The notes: a model not told the origin generated them from the letters alone. Positions 29,421 through 39,725 are shown, numbered from the stretch's first letter. The stretch: DNA of 64,000 nt from Candidatus Bathyarchaeota archaeon (GCA_963769425.1 CAVYLP010000006.1:704001-768000); one strand, 5' to 3'. Numbers and translations are program-made.

Positions 29421-31582
29421 TTCTGGGTTCCTCCCTTCACCTGCAGGGCGTGGACCTCACGCCTGTTCAGGACACCCATCTTCCTGATCTTCTCAGTGAA
29501 CTCACCCATGAAGCCGGCGAACTCCCTCGGCATCCCGGCGCTACAGAAGAACATCTCAAGCCTTTCACCACCTACACCCAGTGTGTTGAGCGTCTTCTTC
29601 GCGGCGTCTACGCGCCTCTCCGCTAGGATGTTGCCGTCAACGTAGTGGCACTGTTCCTTCAAGCATCCCGCCACGACGACGCCGTCCGCACCCCTCTGGA
29701 AGGCTTCGAAGACGTGCTTGAAGTCTACCCTCCCGGAGCAGGGGACGAGGATGATCCTCACATTCACGGGGTAGTTGAGCCTCATCACCCCTGCGAAGTC
29801 CGCCGCCGCGTAGGAGCACCATCTACAGGCGAAGCATATGACAACCGGCTCAGCTTCCTTTCCCGGGTCGAGCCACCGCGTCGGGCTGAGGAGCCCGTCG
29901 ACTGCGGGGAGGAGCTGGTCGTCCTTGAAATACTTCAGCTGCATCGCTCCCATGGGGCACTCGACTGAGCAGACGCCGCAACCTTTGCAGGATGCCTCGT
30001 TTACCACGGGGAGACCTGTAGCGCCCCACTCTATGGCGTCGAATGGACAAGCACTAGCGCAAGCACCGCACCCAACGCACATCTCCTCGTCTAGAGTTGC
30101 CTTGACGGCTTCGGTCTTGACTTTCCCATTACTCATCGGGATCGCAGCCCTAGCCGCCGCCGCTAGGGCTTGACTGACGCTCTCGGAGACATTCTTAGGT
30201 CCGTGTGCCGTGCCGCAGAGGAAGATCCCGTCGGAGCTGAAGTCGACAGGCCTCATCTTCGGGTGTGCCTCGAGGAAGAAGCCGTCTGATGTTAACGGAA
30301 CACGCAGTACCTTCGCGAGGGCTCTCCCTTCCTCCCTCTGTATGAGTGGCGTTGAGAGAACCACAAGCCCCGCATCAATCACCGTCTCCGACCCGAGTAA
30401 GGGCTCGTAGACTGAGACAGTCGCACCCTCATTAGTAGGAGATACTTTCGGTGGCTTCTCCTGCTGGAATTTGACAAATCTTACTCCTCTCTTCAACGCT
30501 TCCTGGTAGGTAACCTCACCCTCGATGCCGTACGTCATGAGGTCCCTGTACATCATGTAGACCTCCGTCGAGGGATTCAGGTCAATGAGTTTCAACGCAT
30601 TCTTCACCGCCACGTCGCAGCAGATCCTGGAGCAGTAGACCCTCCCCCTATCCTCCATCGCCCCCACGCACAGGATCATAACGACCTTCTTCGGCGGAGT
30701 CACGGAGGCGCTCTTGAGCCTCTTCTCAAGCTCAAACTGAGTGATCACCGCCGGGGTCTCACCGAACATGTAGTACCCGGTCGGTGTCAGAGGCTCGGCA
30801 CCGGTGGCGACGATTATCGTCCCCACCTTCATACTCAGATCAGCGCCATCCTTATCGATCTCGACGTCAAAGTTCCCGAGGAATCCATCGACCCTCTTCA
30901 CCCTCGCTGAGGTGAGGAGTTGAACCTTGTCGCTCCCCCTGATCCTGTCTCCGAGGGTCTGGATGAGCTCCGACGCCTCCCTAACACCGGGGAAAAGTGT
31001 ATGCAGGTCCCTAAGCATACCCCCGGTCTCTTTTTCCTTCTCGACGAGAACGACATCGAAACCTTGCTCCGCCAACGAAAGTGACGCGGTCATCCCGGAG
31101 ACCCCCGCCCCGATTACCAAGGCTGAGGGCAGAACATCGATCTCCATCTCCTCCTCAGGTTCGAGGTGCGCCGCCTTGGAGACCGCCATCTGGACTAGAT
31201 ACTTCGCCTTCTCCGTCGCCGCATCCTTGTCTTTGTGGATCCAGGAGTCGTGCTCCCTGATGTTCACCATCTGGAAAAGGTACTTGTTAAGCCCGGCCTC
31301 CTCCACAGCCTCCCTGAATATGGGCTCATGGGTCCTCGGCGTGCAAGCTGCGACGATCACCCGTTCGAGTCGTTGCTCTTTTATGGCCTCCTTGATGTTC
31401 TTCAGCCCCTCCGAGGAGCAGGTGTGGATGTTCTCGCCGACGTAAGCGACGCCAGGTATCGTCCTCGCAAACTCTGCAACCTTCGGTACATTGACGACGC
31501 CCGCGATGTTTGTCCCGCAGTGACAGAGGAAGACCCCGACTCGAGGGTTCGAGGCTCCGCCCTTCTTCATTTTTTTCCTCAC
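29417..31582 (-). CDS. hdrA: Heterodisulfide reductase subunit A fused to MvhD
   Basis: VGVFLCHCGTNI, ACTPRTHE, IGAGVSG, CSRICC, EAHPKMRP, 2x[4Fe-4S] ferredoxin, MvhD motifs FACRWCSY, VPCSGR, CHY. Confidence 0.93.
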   Translation of the reverse strand: MRKKMKKGGASNPRVGVFLCHCGTNIAGVVNVPKVAEFARTIPGVAYVGENIHTCSSEGLKNIKEAIKEQRLERVIVAACTPRTHEPIFREAVEEAGLNKYLFQMVNIREHDSWIHKDKDAATEKAKYLVQMAVSKAAHLEPEEEMEIDVLPSALVIGAGVSGMTASLSLAEQGFDVVLVEKEKETGGMLRDLHTLFPGVREASELIQTLGDRIRGSDKVQLLTSARVKRVDGFLGNFDVEIDKDGADLSMKVGTIIVATGAEPLTPTGYYMFGETPAVITQFELEKRLKSASVTPPKKVVMILCVGAMEDRGRVYCSRICCDVAVKNALKLIDLNPSTEVYMMYRDLMTYGIEGEVTYQEALKRGVRFVKFQQEKPPKVSPTNEGATVSVYEPLLGSETVIDAGLVVLSTPLIQREEGRALAKVLRVPLTSDGFFLEAHPKMRPVDFSSDGIFLCGTAHGPKNVSESVSQALAAAARAAIPMSNGKVKTEAVKATLDEEMCVGCGACASACPFDAIEWGATGLPVVNEASCKGCGVCSVECPMGAMQLKYFKDDQLLPAVDGLLSPTRWLDPGKEAEPVVICFACRWCSYAAADFAGVMRLNYPVNVRIILVPCSGRVDFKHVFEAFQRGADGVVVAGCLKEQCHYVDGNILAERRVDAAKKTLNTLGVGGERLEMFFCSAGMPREFAGFMGEFTEKIRKMGVLNRREVHALQVKGGTQK

Positions 31583-32898
31583 CTTTTCATCGCCCTCCTC
31601 ATGACCTCCGCACTCATGGCGGTAGCCCCACTAGCCTCCGCTATCGTGTCGGGGATGTCCTTCGGACCCTGTGAGTAACCGCAGACGAAGACACCCTCCT
31701 TCGTAGTCGCCAGAGGCGAAAGCATGTGGTCGGGTTGGACGAAGAAGTCATGCTCATCAAGCTCGACCCCGAGAATCTCCGCCAGCCTCCTGTTGTCGCG
31801 GCTCGGAGTGAGGGCGGTGCAAAGGACAAGGAGGTCGACGCGTTTCAGTTTAATCTCCCCCGTCGAGGTGTCCTCATACCAGAAGGAGAGACTACCATCC
31901 CGCGGCTCCTCCCTCACCTCCGCAGGCTTCCCCCTGATGTACTCTACCCCGTACTCATCCCTCGCCCTGTTCACGAACTCCCTGAACCCCTTGCCGAAGG
32001 CCCTAATGTCGGTGTACATGATGGCGACCTTCGCCTCGGATGCGTGTTCTCTGACGAGGATGGCCTCCTTCGTGGCGTGCATACAGCACACCGCCGAGCA
32101 GTACGGGTAACCCTCAGAGAGGCTGCGCGACCCAACGCACTGGACGAAGGCGACGCTCTCAGGATGCTTCCCATCCGAGGGCCTGAGGAGTTGACCCTCA
32201 GTCGGACCCGTTGCGGTAATCATCCTCTCCAACTCGAGGGCAGTCACCACGTTCTTGAAGCGCCTATACCCGTACTCCTTCAACGGGGACGGATCGTAGG
32301 TGTCGAGGCCGGTGGCCACGATGATGCTCGCGGCGTCAATCACTTTCTCCTCCGCCTTCTGCTCGAAGTCGATGGCCCCTGCTTCGCAGAATCTCTCGCA
32401 TACCCTGCAAATCCCCTTGGTCAGGTAGAGGCAATTTTTATCATCGATGCTGTAGATCAGCGGTACCGCCTGAGGGAAGGAGAGGTGGGCCGCCTTCCTC
32501 GTTGATAGTCCCATCTGGACCTCATCGGGAACTTTAACGGGACACTTGGATGCGCAGACGCCGCAAGCTATGCACTTGGACTCGTCTACATACCTTGGCT
32601 TCTTGGTGATCGTGACTCTGAAGTCGCCGGCGCTCCCCTCGATCCGCGTTACCTCGGATAGGGTCAGCAGATCGATGTTTGGGTGCCTGTAGACCTCAAT
32701 CATCTTGGGAGCGAGTATGCAGATGGCGCAGTCCATCGTCGGGAACGTCTTATCAAGAAGGGCCATCTTTCCACCTATGCTGGTAGTCTTCTCGACCAGG
32801 TGGACCTTAACCCCCCTGTCGGCGAGGTCAAGAGATGCCTGTATTCCTGCTATTCCTCCGCCGATGACCACGACCGACGCTGACCTTAACCACGCCAC
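31579..32898 (-). CDS. hdrA: Heterodisulfide reductase subunit A-like (lacks the N-terminal domain)
   Basis: GGGIAG, KTFPTMDCAICIL, ferredoxin insert, QCVGSR, YCSAVCCM, GPKDIP. Confidence 0.93.
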   Translation of the reverse strand: MAWLRSASVVVIGGGIAGIQASLDLADRGVKVHLVEKTTSIGGKMALLDKTFPTMDCAICILAPKMIEVYRHPNIDLLTLSEVTRIEGSAGDFRVTITKKPRYVDESKCIACGVCASKCPVKVPDEVQMGLSTRKAAHLSFPQAVPLIYSIDDKNCLYLTKGICRVCERFCEAGAIDFEQKAEEKVIDAASIIVATGLDTYDPSPLKEYGYRRFKNVVTALELERMITATGPTEGQLLRPSDGKHPESVAFVQCVGSRSLSEGYPYCSAVCCMHATKEAILVREHASEAKVAIMYTDIRAFGKGFREFVNRARDEYGVEYIRGKPAEVREEPRDGSLSFWYEDTSTGEIKLKRVDLLVLCTALTPSRDNRRLAEILGVELDEHDFFVQPDHMLSPLATTKEGVFVCGYSQGPKDIPDTIAEASGATAMSAEVMRRAMKR

Positions 32899-33773
32899 TT
32901 CGCCTCCATTCGCTGGATCGCAATATCAACAGGGCTCTGGTTGAGATGCAACCCAAGCTTCCTCGGGTCCAGCCCCATAGCGAGGCCGAGGAGCTGAGTG
33001 TAATAGAATACGGGGATCTTGATCTCCTGGTCCTCTATGACCCTCTTTATCACATCCTGTCGGGCGTCGTACATCTTGTAGCAGAAGGGGCACACGACAA
33101 CCATACCGTCGAAGCCCCTCCCCTTGATCGAGCTCATCTTGGCACCCGCTATCTTAAGCGCCGACTCAATATCGTAGAGACCGAGGCTCGACCCACAACA
33201 GTCAAGTCGCTCTGGATAGTAGGCCGCCTCAGCGCCCAGTGCCCGTATGAGGCCATCTAATATCTTAGGATCCTCCGGGTCCTCAGGCCTCCCCACAACA
33301 CTGGGCCTGAGGGCATGACAACCGTAATGGGGGGCGAATCTGAAACCCTCTAAGTCATGCGTCAACGAGGCACGTATCTTCTCCACGCCAACCTCGCCGT
33401 TAAGAATCTCGAGAAGGTGCAGAACCCTACTCGTACCCTTGTACTCGAGGCCCTCGGGGGCCAGATTTTTGTTGACCTGCCTGACCAGCTCAGGGTCCCT
33501 ATCCAGCGAGTGCTTAACCTCAGAGATGGAGGCGTGGCAACCGTTACAGAGGGCGAAGAGGTCGAGCCCCTCCCTCTCTGCGAGCGCGAGGTTCCTCGCC
33601 GAGAGATAAAACATAGTCGGCATATTCAGGCTCCTCAACGGGTAGCCGCAGCAACTGAAGCCAGGCACGTCGACGAGCTCAACCCCTAGCCGAGCCATCA
33701 CCTCACGAGTAGACATTTCGATGTTGTATAACTCGGTCCGGATCCAGCACCCAAGGTATAAGGCGTACTTCAT
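32886..33773 (-). CDS. hdrB: Heterodisulfide reductase subunit B
   Basis: YLGC, SCCG, CNGC, HYGCH, DCCG, CPFC (two CCG domains). Confidence 0.93.
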   Translation of the reverse strand: MKYALYLGCWIRTELYNIEMSTREVMARLGVELVDVPGFSCCGYPLRSLNMPTMFYLSARNLALAEREGLDLFALCNGCHASISEVKHSLDRDPELVRQVNKNLAPEGLEYKGTSRVLHLLEILNGEVGVEKIRASLTHDLEGFRFAPHYGCHALRPSVVGRPEDPEDPKILDGLIRALGAEAAYYPERLDCCGSSLGLYDIESALKIAGAKMSSIKGRGFDGMVVVCPFCYKMYDARQDVIKRVIEDQEIKIPVFYYTQLLGLAMGLDPRKLGLHLNQSPVDIAIQRMEAKWRG

Positions 33774-34249
33774 GGAAGTTCCCAGCTAAAACTTTCCTCA
33801 AGTCCCTTCCTGAATACCTCAATGTTCTCTGGTGGTTGAAGCTCAGGCAGCCCAAGGCCGACCCTGTCGTAGGACTCAAAATCCCTATCGAAAACTTCTT
33901 GATTTCCCTGAACCGTGCTGAGCCTCTTTATCGCGTTTAATATCATTGTGAGATTCTCGGGGAAAGGTAGCCCCGCCCTCACAGCCATGTTCTGGAGGCT
34001 AATTATAATGTCAAAGGGAGTTACGTCTCTCGGACACCTTTCCATGCACTGGTGGCACTGGGTGCACTCCCAGATGAATCCAGACCTCATGAGCTCATCG
34101 ATCTGACCCCGCTGAACCATGAGGACCACCTTCCTAGGTTTCAACTCAAGATACCTAGCAGCGGGACAACCACTCGCGCACTTACCGCACTGATTGCACT
34201 GCTCATATGGGACCCCACCCCGCTGGATGATGCTTGGCAGCTTGATCAT
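33770..34249 (-). CDS. hdrC: Heterodisulfide reductase subunit C
   Basis: CNQCGKCASGCP, WECTQCHQCMERCP. Confidence 0.92.
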   Translation of the reverse strand: MIKLPSIIQRGGVPYEQCNQCGKCASGCPAARYLELKPRKVVLMVQRGQIDELMRSGFIWECTQCHQCMERCPRDVTPFDIIISLQNMAVRAGLPFPENLTMILNAIKRLSTVQGNQEVFDRDFESYDRVGLGLPELQPPENIEVFRKGLEESFSWELP

Positions 34250-34345
34250 TACAATACTTACAGTATTTACTTACTGATGAACTATTGCACAGTTTTCCCC
34301 GGATCTAGAGGTCAATCATACAACATGTTTTTTACAAAAAGGGGT

Positions 34346-34579
34346 CTAATCCGCTATGAAGCAAGTCATAGAGGATCTAACACCGGGTATCTTCCTGATG
34401 ACGCTAGTGATCGTATTTTCAATGTCACTAAGAGATCCCGCTACCAGTTCAAAGTAAGCATCGTAAGGGCCGTAAAGCAGACTTGCATTCTTAATATCGT
34501 TTCGAGTCCTTAGTGTCTTAATCACAGTCTTATCCATGTTCGGCTGAATCTTTATGAACACCATTGCCTCTTCTAACAA
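34346..34579 (-). CDS. Stand-alone Lrp/AsnC ligand-binding (RAM) domain protein
   Basis: LLYGPYDA, IRKIPGVRSSMTCFIAD. Confidence 0.85.
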   Translation of the reverse strand: MLEEAMVFIKIQPNMDKTVIKTLRTRNDIKNASLLYGPYDAYFELVAGSLSDIENTITSVIRKIPGVRSSMTCFIAD

Positions 34580-34844
34580 AATATTCCCCTTTACTCATAT
34601 AACATCCCTAAATTTAATCATTTGTAAGAAAATAACACTAAATATTTTCCAATTCGTCTAGTTTAAAGCCGAATTATCCGTACATGTTCAGAAATTTGGG
34701 GAATAATTACGCGGTTTACTAAAATAACCACTCTAGTTGTCTCTATCTAACATAAATCTCACACAACAATTTTCCTTCAGATATTGAAGCTAAACATCAA
34801 AGCGAAAAAAAAGAACCATTCTCCGGCCTTGAAGATATCAATAA

Positions 34845-36005
34845 CTAGTCCTCGGCCTTCACGAAGAAGAAGGTCACGCCCGCGCTGAAGAGCGCCGACG
34901 CGGCGAGCACCGAGTACATGTAGATCGGTGGCCCCGTCTCGAGCATCAGCGGCGCCACGTACATCCCCAGGGCCATCCCCAGGTACCGCGCCGTGTTCAT
35001 CAGCCCCATCCCCTGCCCCGTCCTCCCCGCCTTACCCCCCAGCAGGTTCTGAGGCAGCCCCGCCTGAACCACGCCCATCGCCACCCTCATCACTATGAAG
35101 ACGATGGGGTTGAACGCGAAGGCCGCCGCCTCGATTATGAGCGCCGTCACCACCTGCCACAAGATGATCTTCTTCCCCGACGACAGCCTCGTCAATATGG
35201 GCGTGGCCGCGGCGTACGCCAGCCCGTTCGCGATCGTCGTGATCGTCGTCCAGGTGAGTAGGTCACCAGAGGCCACTCCCAGCGAGGAGAGGAAGAACGG
35301 CACCACCGGCGTGATGAAGTTGATACCCGCGTAGGCGCAGAAGAGGGCCGCCGCCGTAGGCAGAAGCGTACGGACGTCCCTCAGCCCGAACGACTCCCTC
35401 TCCTTCCCCTCCGGCTTCGCCGTCTTCATCACCAGGATCAGCGGGAAGATCGCCGCGAAGACCACCGCCTGCGAGAATATCGTCCACCTGTACCCGATGA
35501 CCGCGGCCAGGGCGCCACCCAGACCCGGCGAGAAGATGCTCGCGATCGTCGACGCCGCGATCTGGTACCCCAGATACTTCTTCAGGTCCCGGGAGGAGGC
35601 GACGATCCCGACGACCACGAAGAGGATCGTGCTAAGCCCACCGAAGAGGCTCTGGACGATCCTCAGCGCTACGAGCTGCGTCACGTTCTGCGAGAAGGCC
35701 ATGCCGGCGTACGTCGCGATGTTACCGATCAGCACGATGACGAGGACCCTCTTCGTGCCCACCTTGTCGCAGATCCAGCCCCAGACAGGCGCCGTGAAGG
35801 CCAGCCCGCCGTACCACGCCAGGTTCGACACCCCCGTCCAGTACGTCGCGTTGACGAGCGACTCACCCAGGTCGTGGTTGATGAAGAGCGGCATGAAGCT
35901 GCCCATCAACCCGAACGCGAGAGAGCATAGAAACTGCGCCACGATGGAGGCCTTCAACGTGTCCTCCATAACGCCCCTCAGATCACCGAACGTCGGTACA
36001 TGCAA
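34845..36005 (-). CDS. MFS transporter
   Basis: About 12 hydrophobic helices; WGWICDKVGTKR (motif A). Confidence 0.9.
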   Translation of the reverse strand: MHVPTFGDLRGVMEDTLKASIVAQFLCSLAFGLMGSFMPLFINHDLGESLVNATYWTGVSNLAWYGGLAFTAPVWGWICDKVGTKRVLVIVLIGNIATYAGMAFSQNVTQLVALRIVQSLFGGLSTILFVVVGIVASSRDLKKYLGYQIAASTIASIFSPGLGGALAAVIGYRWTIFSQAVVFAAIFPLILVMKTAKPEGKERESFGLRDVRTLLPTAAALFCAYAGINFITPVVPFFLSSLGVASGDLLTWTTITTIANGLAYAAATPILTRLSSGKKIILWQVVTALIIEAAAFAFNPIVFIVMRVAMGVVQAGLPQNLLGGKAGRTGQGMGLMNTARYLGMALGMYVAPLMLETGPPIYMYSVLAASALFSAGVTFFFVKAED

Positions 36006-36117
36006 CTATGAATGCCTTCTACCTACTCTAATTCCTCTTCAGGAGGACAGATGCTGAATTTAAAGAAAGCGACTAAAAATGTCTAAACTCAGGCAACACA
36101 GATTCTCAGAACTGTGT

Positions 36118-38337
36118 TTAGACGGTTAACAACCATAGAGTGTATAGTGCCGCAGACGCGACGAATTGCGCCCCCCAGGCTATCTTACTCCAGTCATAGA
36201 TGTCCTTACCGTTCATCGGTGCGAGGGGTATGGAGTCGAATAGAGCCATAAGAAGACACATCGCTAAACCAATGCTGCCCACGTATGTGAACCCAAATAA
36301 CAGCAGAGCATAGAAGACCCCTGCAAACCCAAGCGCAATGAGGACCGATGACGACGCGACGATACCGAGTGTCCTCTTGCTGAAGCCTGGGGTGTGGTTG
36401 ATGATCCTGCTCGGAGACGAGAACGGCGTCCTGAAGGCAAGCGTCGAGAGGAGGAACGTCGCGAGCCCAAAGTACCATAGTCGATGTTCGGACCAAACCC
36501 CTAACACTCGAGCGATCATCTCAGTCAACAGGTTCTTGGCCAACCCCACAACCACGCTCGTGGCTAGCACCGTAGGTATAAGGAAGAGAAACTCCTCCAT
36601 GGACCCAGCCCCTGAGTAGGCGAAGGCAAACGTCAACACTACAAGGGCCACCGCGTAAGCGATCAACTCCAACTTTGTCAAAACAAATAATGGGCCGTTC
36701 CTAGCGTCGATCACCAATGAGCGTTTAGATGCGATGTAGCTCTCAAGCCACCCCTTAACTCCATCAGGGAGGATGCCGTTAAGCTTCTCAGCGAGCCAAC
36801 TACTCGCGAAGCTAGCGGGGTTGCTTACAGTGGCCGCCGCTAGAGAAACCACGGTGAAGATACTCACCGTTGCGACGCTTGAGACGATGGCATTCGAGGC
36901 GGGTGGAACCCAGACGTTCACGTCAACTGTAACATTACTCGAACCGACCGTTGTACCAGCTTGGTCGACTGCTCGTCCCTCGAGCACATGTTTACCGAGG
37001 GATAACCCCGAGAAAGTATAGCTGGTAGAAAGGCCGCTGTTCACCCATTGGCCACCGTCTACCCTGACTTCATAGTGAGAAGTGGAGGTGTTCTGGGTAT
37101 TGAAGTTCAGGGTTACCCTGCTTGAGGCCACCGTTGTTCCGTTCGCAACACCGCCTGTGAAGACTGGAGGCAGAGTCTGGCTAGACGGTGTGATGACTCC
37201 GGGGGTGCCAAACGCGTAAACATTGCCATCGTATGAGCCCACATACATAACCCCATTCGCAATCGCTGGCGAGGCAAATACTGGGCCCATAGAATACGTC
37301 CAAATGAGTCTACCCGTTGCAGCATCCACCGCGTGGATACCGCCATTCCAAGAGCCTATGTAAACCACACCGCCAGCAACTGATGGCGAGGAATATACTG
37401 CTCCACCTGGAGCATAACTCCAGATCTTATTTCCTGATTTTGAGTCAACTGCATACAGATTGCCGTCTTCCGAGCCCACGTAAACGACTCCCCCCACAAC
37501 AGCCGGGGAGCTTGAAACTTTCGCACCCGTTAGATAATTCCAGATTTTATCGCCCGTCTTAGCGTTTAATGCATAGAGATTGGAGTCGGTTGAGCCGATG
37601 TAGACTACTCCATCGACAACTGCTGGAGATGAATCCATGTAGGTATCTCCCGGTGCTGCAGTGAAGCTCCATATCTCAGAGCCCTTAGCGGCGTCGATCG
37701 CATAGATCTTACCCCCAGCCATAGAGCCTAGGTAGACAACCCCATCGACAACTGCCGGGGAGCAGCGACACGCACCAGCTGTCTCAAAACTCCAAATTTT
37801 ACTCCCTGTAGCGGCGTCAAGGGCGTAGAGGAACCCATCATTAGATACCTCGTAGACTACGTTTCCAACAACCACTGGTCCGTTGAAAAGCGCCTGTCCG
37901 GTGGCGAACTCCCAAATCTTCTGCCCGTCGGATGTTCTCAGAGCGTAGAGGACGCCGCCGTTGTTACCAACAAAGACTCGCCCATCAGCCACGGCGGGGG
38001 ATGCCCACACATCGGTATCTGTTTTAAAACTCCAGATCTGTCCTCCAGTGTTCGCGTCAATAGCATAAAAATTTCCACCAAACGTGCCTGCGTAGACGAC
38101 GCCGTCGACCACCGCAGCGGATGTTCGCACTTGACCCCCCGCTGGGAAAGTCCAGAGAACCTCACTGGTACGAGGGCCACCTGATGTTGAGGATCTAGTA
38201 TGAGATAGGTCGTGGCCGAACGATGTCCACCAATCTACATTAGCCCCAGCTACACTTTCGACCTTCGAGGAACTGATTGAGCCAATGCAGAGTGAGAGGC
38301 ATATGATTCCAAGAATAAGTACAGATGTTCTTCTCAT
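36118..38337 (-). CDS. PQQ-type beta-propeller repeat protein with an Ig-like domain and a C-terminal M50-like membrane domain
   Basis: Signal peptide; about 8 SSPAVVDGVVYxGS..G.LYA.DA.TG..IW repeats; multi-TM C-terminus ending DSIPLAPMNGKDI. Confidence 0.88.
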   Translation of the reverse strand: MRRTSVLILGIICLSLCIGSISSSKVESVAGANVDWWTSFGHDLSHTRSSTSGGPRTSEVLWTFPAGGQVRTSAAVVDGVVYAGTFGGNFYAIDANTGGQIWSFKTDTDVWASPAVADGRVFVGNNGGVLYALRTSDGQKIWEFATGQALFNGPVVVGNVVYEVSNDGFLYALDAATGSKIWSFETAGACRCSPAVVDGVVYLGSMAGGKIYAIDAAKGSEIWSFTAAPGDTYMDSSPAVVDGVVYIGSTDSNLYALNAKTGDKIWNYLTGAKVSSSPAVVGGVVYVGSEDGNLYAVDSKSGNKIWSYAPGGAVYSSPSVAGGVVYIGSWNGGIHAVDAATGRLIWTYSMGPVFASPAIANGVMYVGSYDGNVYAFGTPGVITPSSQTLPPVFTGGVANGTTVASSRVTLNFNTQNTSTSHYEVRVDGGQWVNSGLSTSYTFSGLSLGKHVLEGRAVDQAGTTVGSSNVTVDVNVWVPPASNAIVSSVATVSIFTVVSLAAATVSNPASFASSWLAEKLNGILPDGVKGWLESYIASKRSLVIDARNGPLFVLTKLELIAYAVALVVLTFAFAYSGAGSMEEFLFLIPTVLATSVVVGLAKNLLTEMIARVLGVWSEHRLWYFGLATFLLSTLAFRTPFSSPSRIINHTPGFSKRTLGIVASSSVLIALGFAGVFYALLLFGFTYVGSIGLAMCLLMALFDSIPLAPMNGKDIYDWSKIAWGAQFVASAALYTLWLLTV

Positions 38338-38513
38338 GTTCTATACCACACGGATTGAATCATCGATCGATTCAGCTAATACTTAAAATTTGTAAACTGT
38401 TTGAGTCACTATTGTGCATTCTCGGTCTCGATACTTGATATTACTAGTCAGGTGGAGCATGTTTACTTAGGTTGATGGGAAGACCCATTACACTCATCCT
38501 CACTTAGAAAACC

Positions 38514-38936
38514 ATGGCGTGCCTCATCTGCTCCATAATCGAGGGGCAAATACCAAGCCAAATCGTCTACGAAGACACTGACACCGTGGCCTTCCTCGAC
38601 GCCCGCCCAGTCGCCCCTGGACACACGCTCCTCGTGCCAAGAGTCCATGCCGCTAGACTAGAGGACCTAACCGAAGAGCAGGCCCAAGCACTCTTCACAG
38701 CTCTGCATCGGATCCTCAAACCCATAAAAGAGGCCGTCGACGCCGACGCTACGACCGTAGGCGTTAACAATGGCCCGGGTAGCGGCCAAGAGATCCAGCA
38801 CGTTCACATCCACATTATCCCTCGCCGCCGAGGGGACGGTGGAGGCATAGTTCAGAGCCTAGGCCCCGGTGGTAGGGCCGACCTCGAGGAGACCGCCGAG
38901 AAGATCCGGCAAAAAATCACCCAAACAAAGGGCTAA
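38514..38936 (+). CDS. HIT family hydrolase
   Basis: CLIC, GHTLLVP, HVHIHII. Confidence 0.95.
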   Translation: MACLICSIIEGQIPSQIVYEDTDTVAFLDARPVAPGHTLLVPRVHAARLEDLTEEQAQALFTALHRILKPIKEAVDADATTVGVNNGPGSGQEIQHVHIHIIPRRRGDGGGIVQSLGPGGRADLEETAEKIRQKITQTKG

Positions 38937-38976
38937 CTCTTATTCCCCCGGGGACCCATCCATCAGCGAAACGAGA

Positions 38977-39666
38977 ATGGGCCGAATAGTCGTCATAGTC
39001 TCAGCCGACGGCGAGTGGAGGGCCACCCTCCCGTTGTTCCCCAAGGCGGAGTTGAAGTCATCCCCCCTAGGCGAGTGGTTCACGACCAGCGCTAGGGGTG
39101 AGGAGGTCATCGTCTACCACGGCGGATGGGGTAAGGTCCACGCCGCCGCCTCAGCCGAGTACGTCATAAGCACTTGGCACCCCGACCTCATCATCAACTT
39201 CGGCACATGCGGCGGCTTCAGGGGCGCCATTGAGAGGTTCGACACCGTCCTCGTCAAGAAGGCCATAATCTACGACTTCGTCAGCCTCATAGGCCCACCC
39301 GACGAGGGCATAAAGAAGTTCACCACCGACATAGACCTCACATGGGTCAAGCAGCCGCCGACACCCGTCAAACCCGTGACCATCCTAAGCGGCGACAGGG
39401 ACCTCGTCCCAGAGGACATCCCCAAGCTGAAGGAGAAGTTCGGCGGAATGGTCAACGACTACGAGTCCGCCCCCATAGCCTGGGTCTGCGCCAGAAACAA
39501 CGCGAAGGTCCTCATACTCCGAGGCGTCTCCGACCTCGTCGACAAGAGCGGGGGCGAGGTCTACGATGGTACCGCGACCCTCTGGTTCGAGGCGACGAAA
39601 CGGGTGATGTCGGACCTCTTCAAGGTCCTCCCTGCCTGGGTCACGTACTTCAGGGCGCAGAAGTAG
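38977..39666 (+). CDS. MTA/SAH nucleosidase-like (PNP_UDP_1 family) protein
   Basis: GWGKVHAA, INFGTCGG, DYESA, LRGVSD. Confidence 0.85.
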   Translation: MGRIVVIVSADGEWRATLPLFPKAELKSSPLGEWFTTSARGEEVIVYHGGWGKVHAAASAEYVISTWHPDLIINFGTCGGFRGAIERFDTVLVKKAIIYDFVSLIGPPDEGIKKFTTDIDLTWVKQPPTPVKPVTILSGDRDLVPEDIPKLKEKFGGMVNDYESAPIAWVCARNNAKVLILRGVSDLVDKSGGEVYDGTATLWFEATKRVMSDLFKVLPAWVTYFRAQK

Positions 39667-39725
39667 GCCCCGTCTTCATCAGGTCCGCAGCTCGTGTTGA
39701 CTCACCGCGGGTTCAGGTGAGTGTC

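Noticed and set aside
27205-34106. Numerous long antisense ORFs over the hdr/nfn operon (similar ones occur over his and mgtA)
   Set aside because: Shadow ORFs of GC-rich, codon-biased genes with no recognisable motifs
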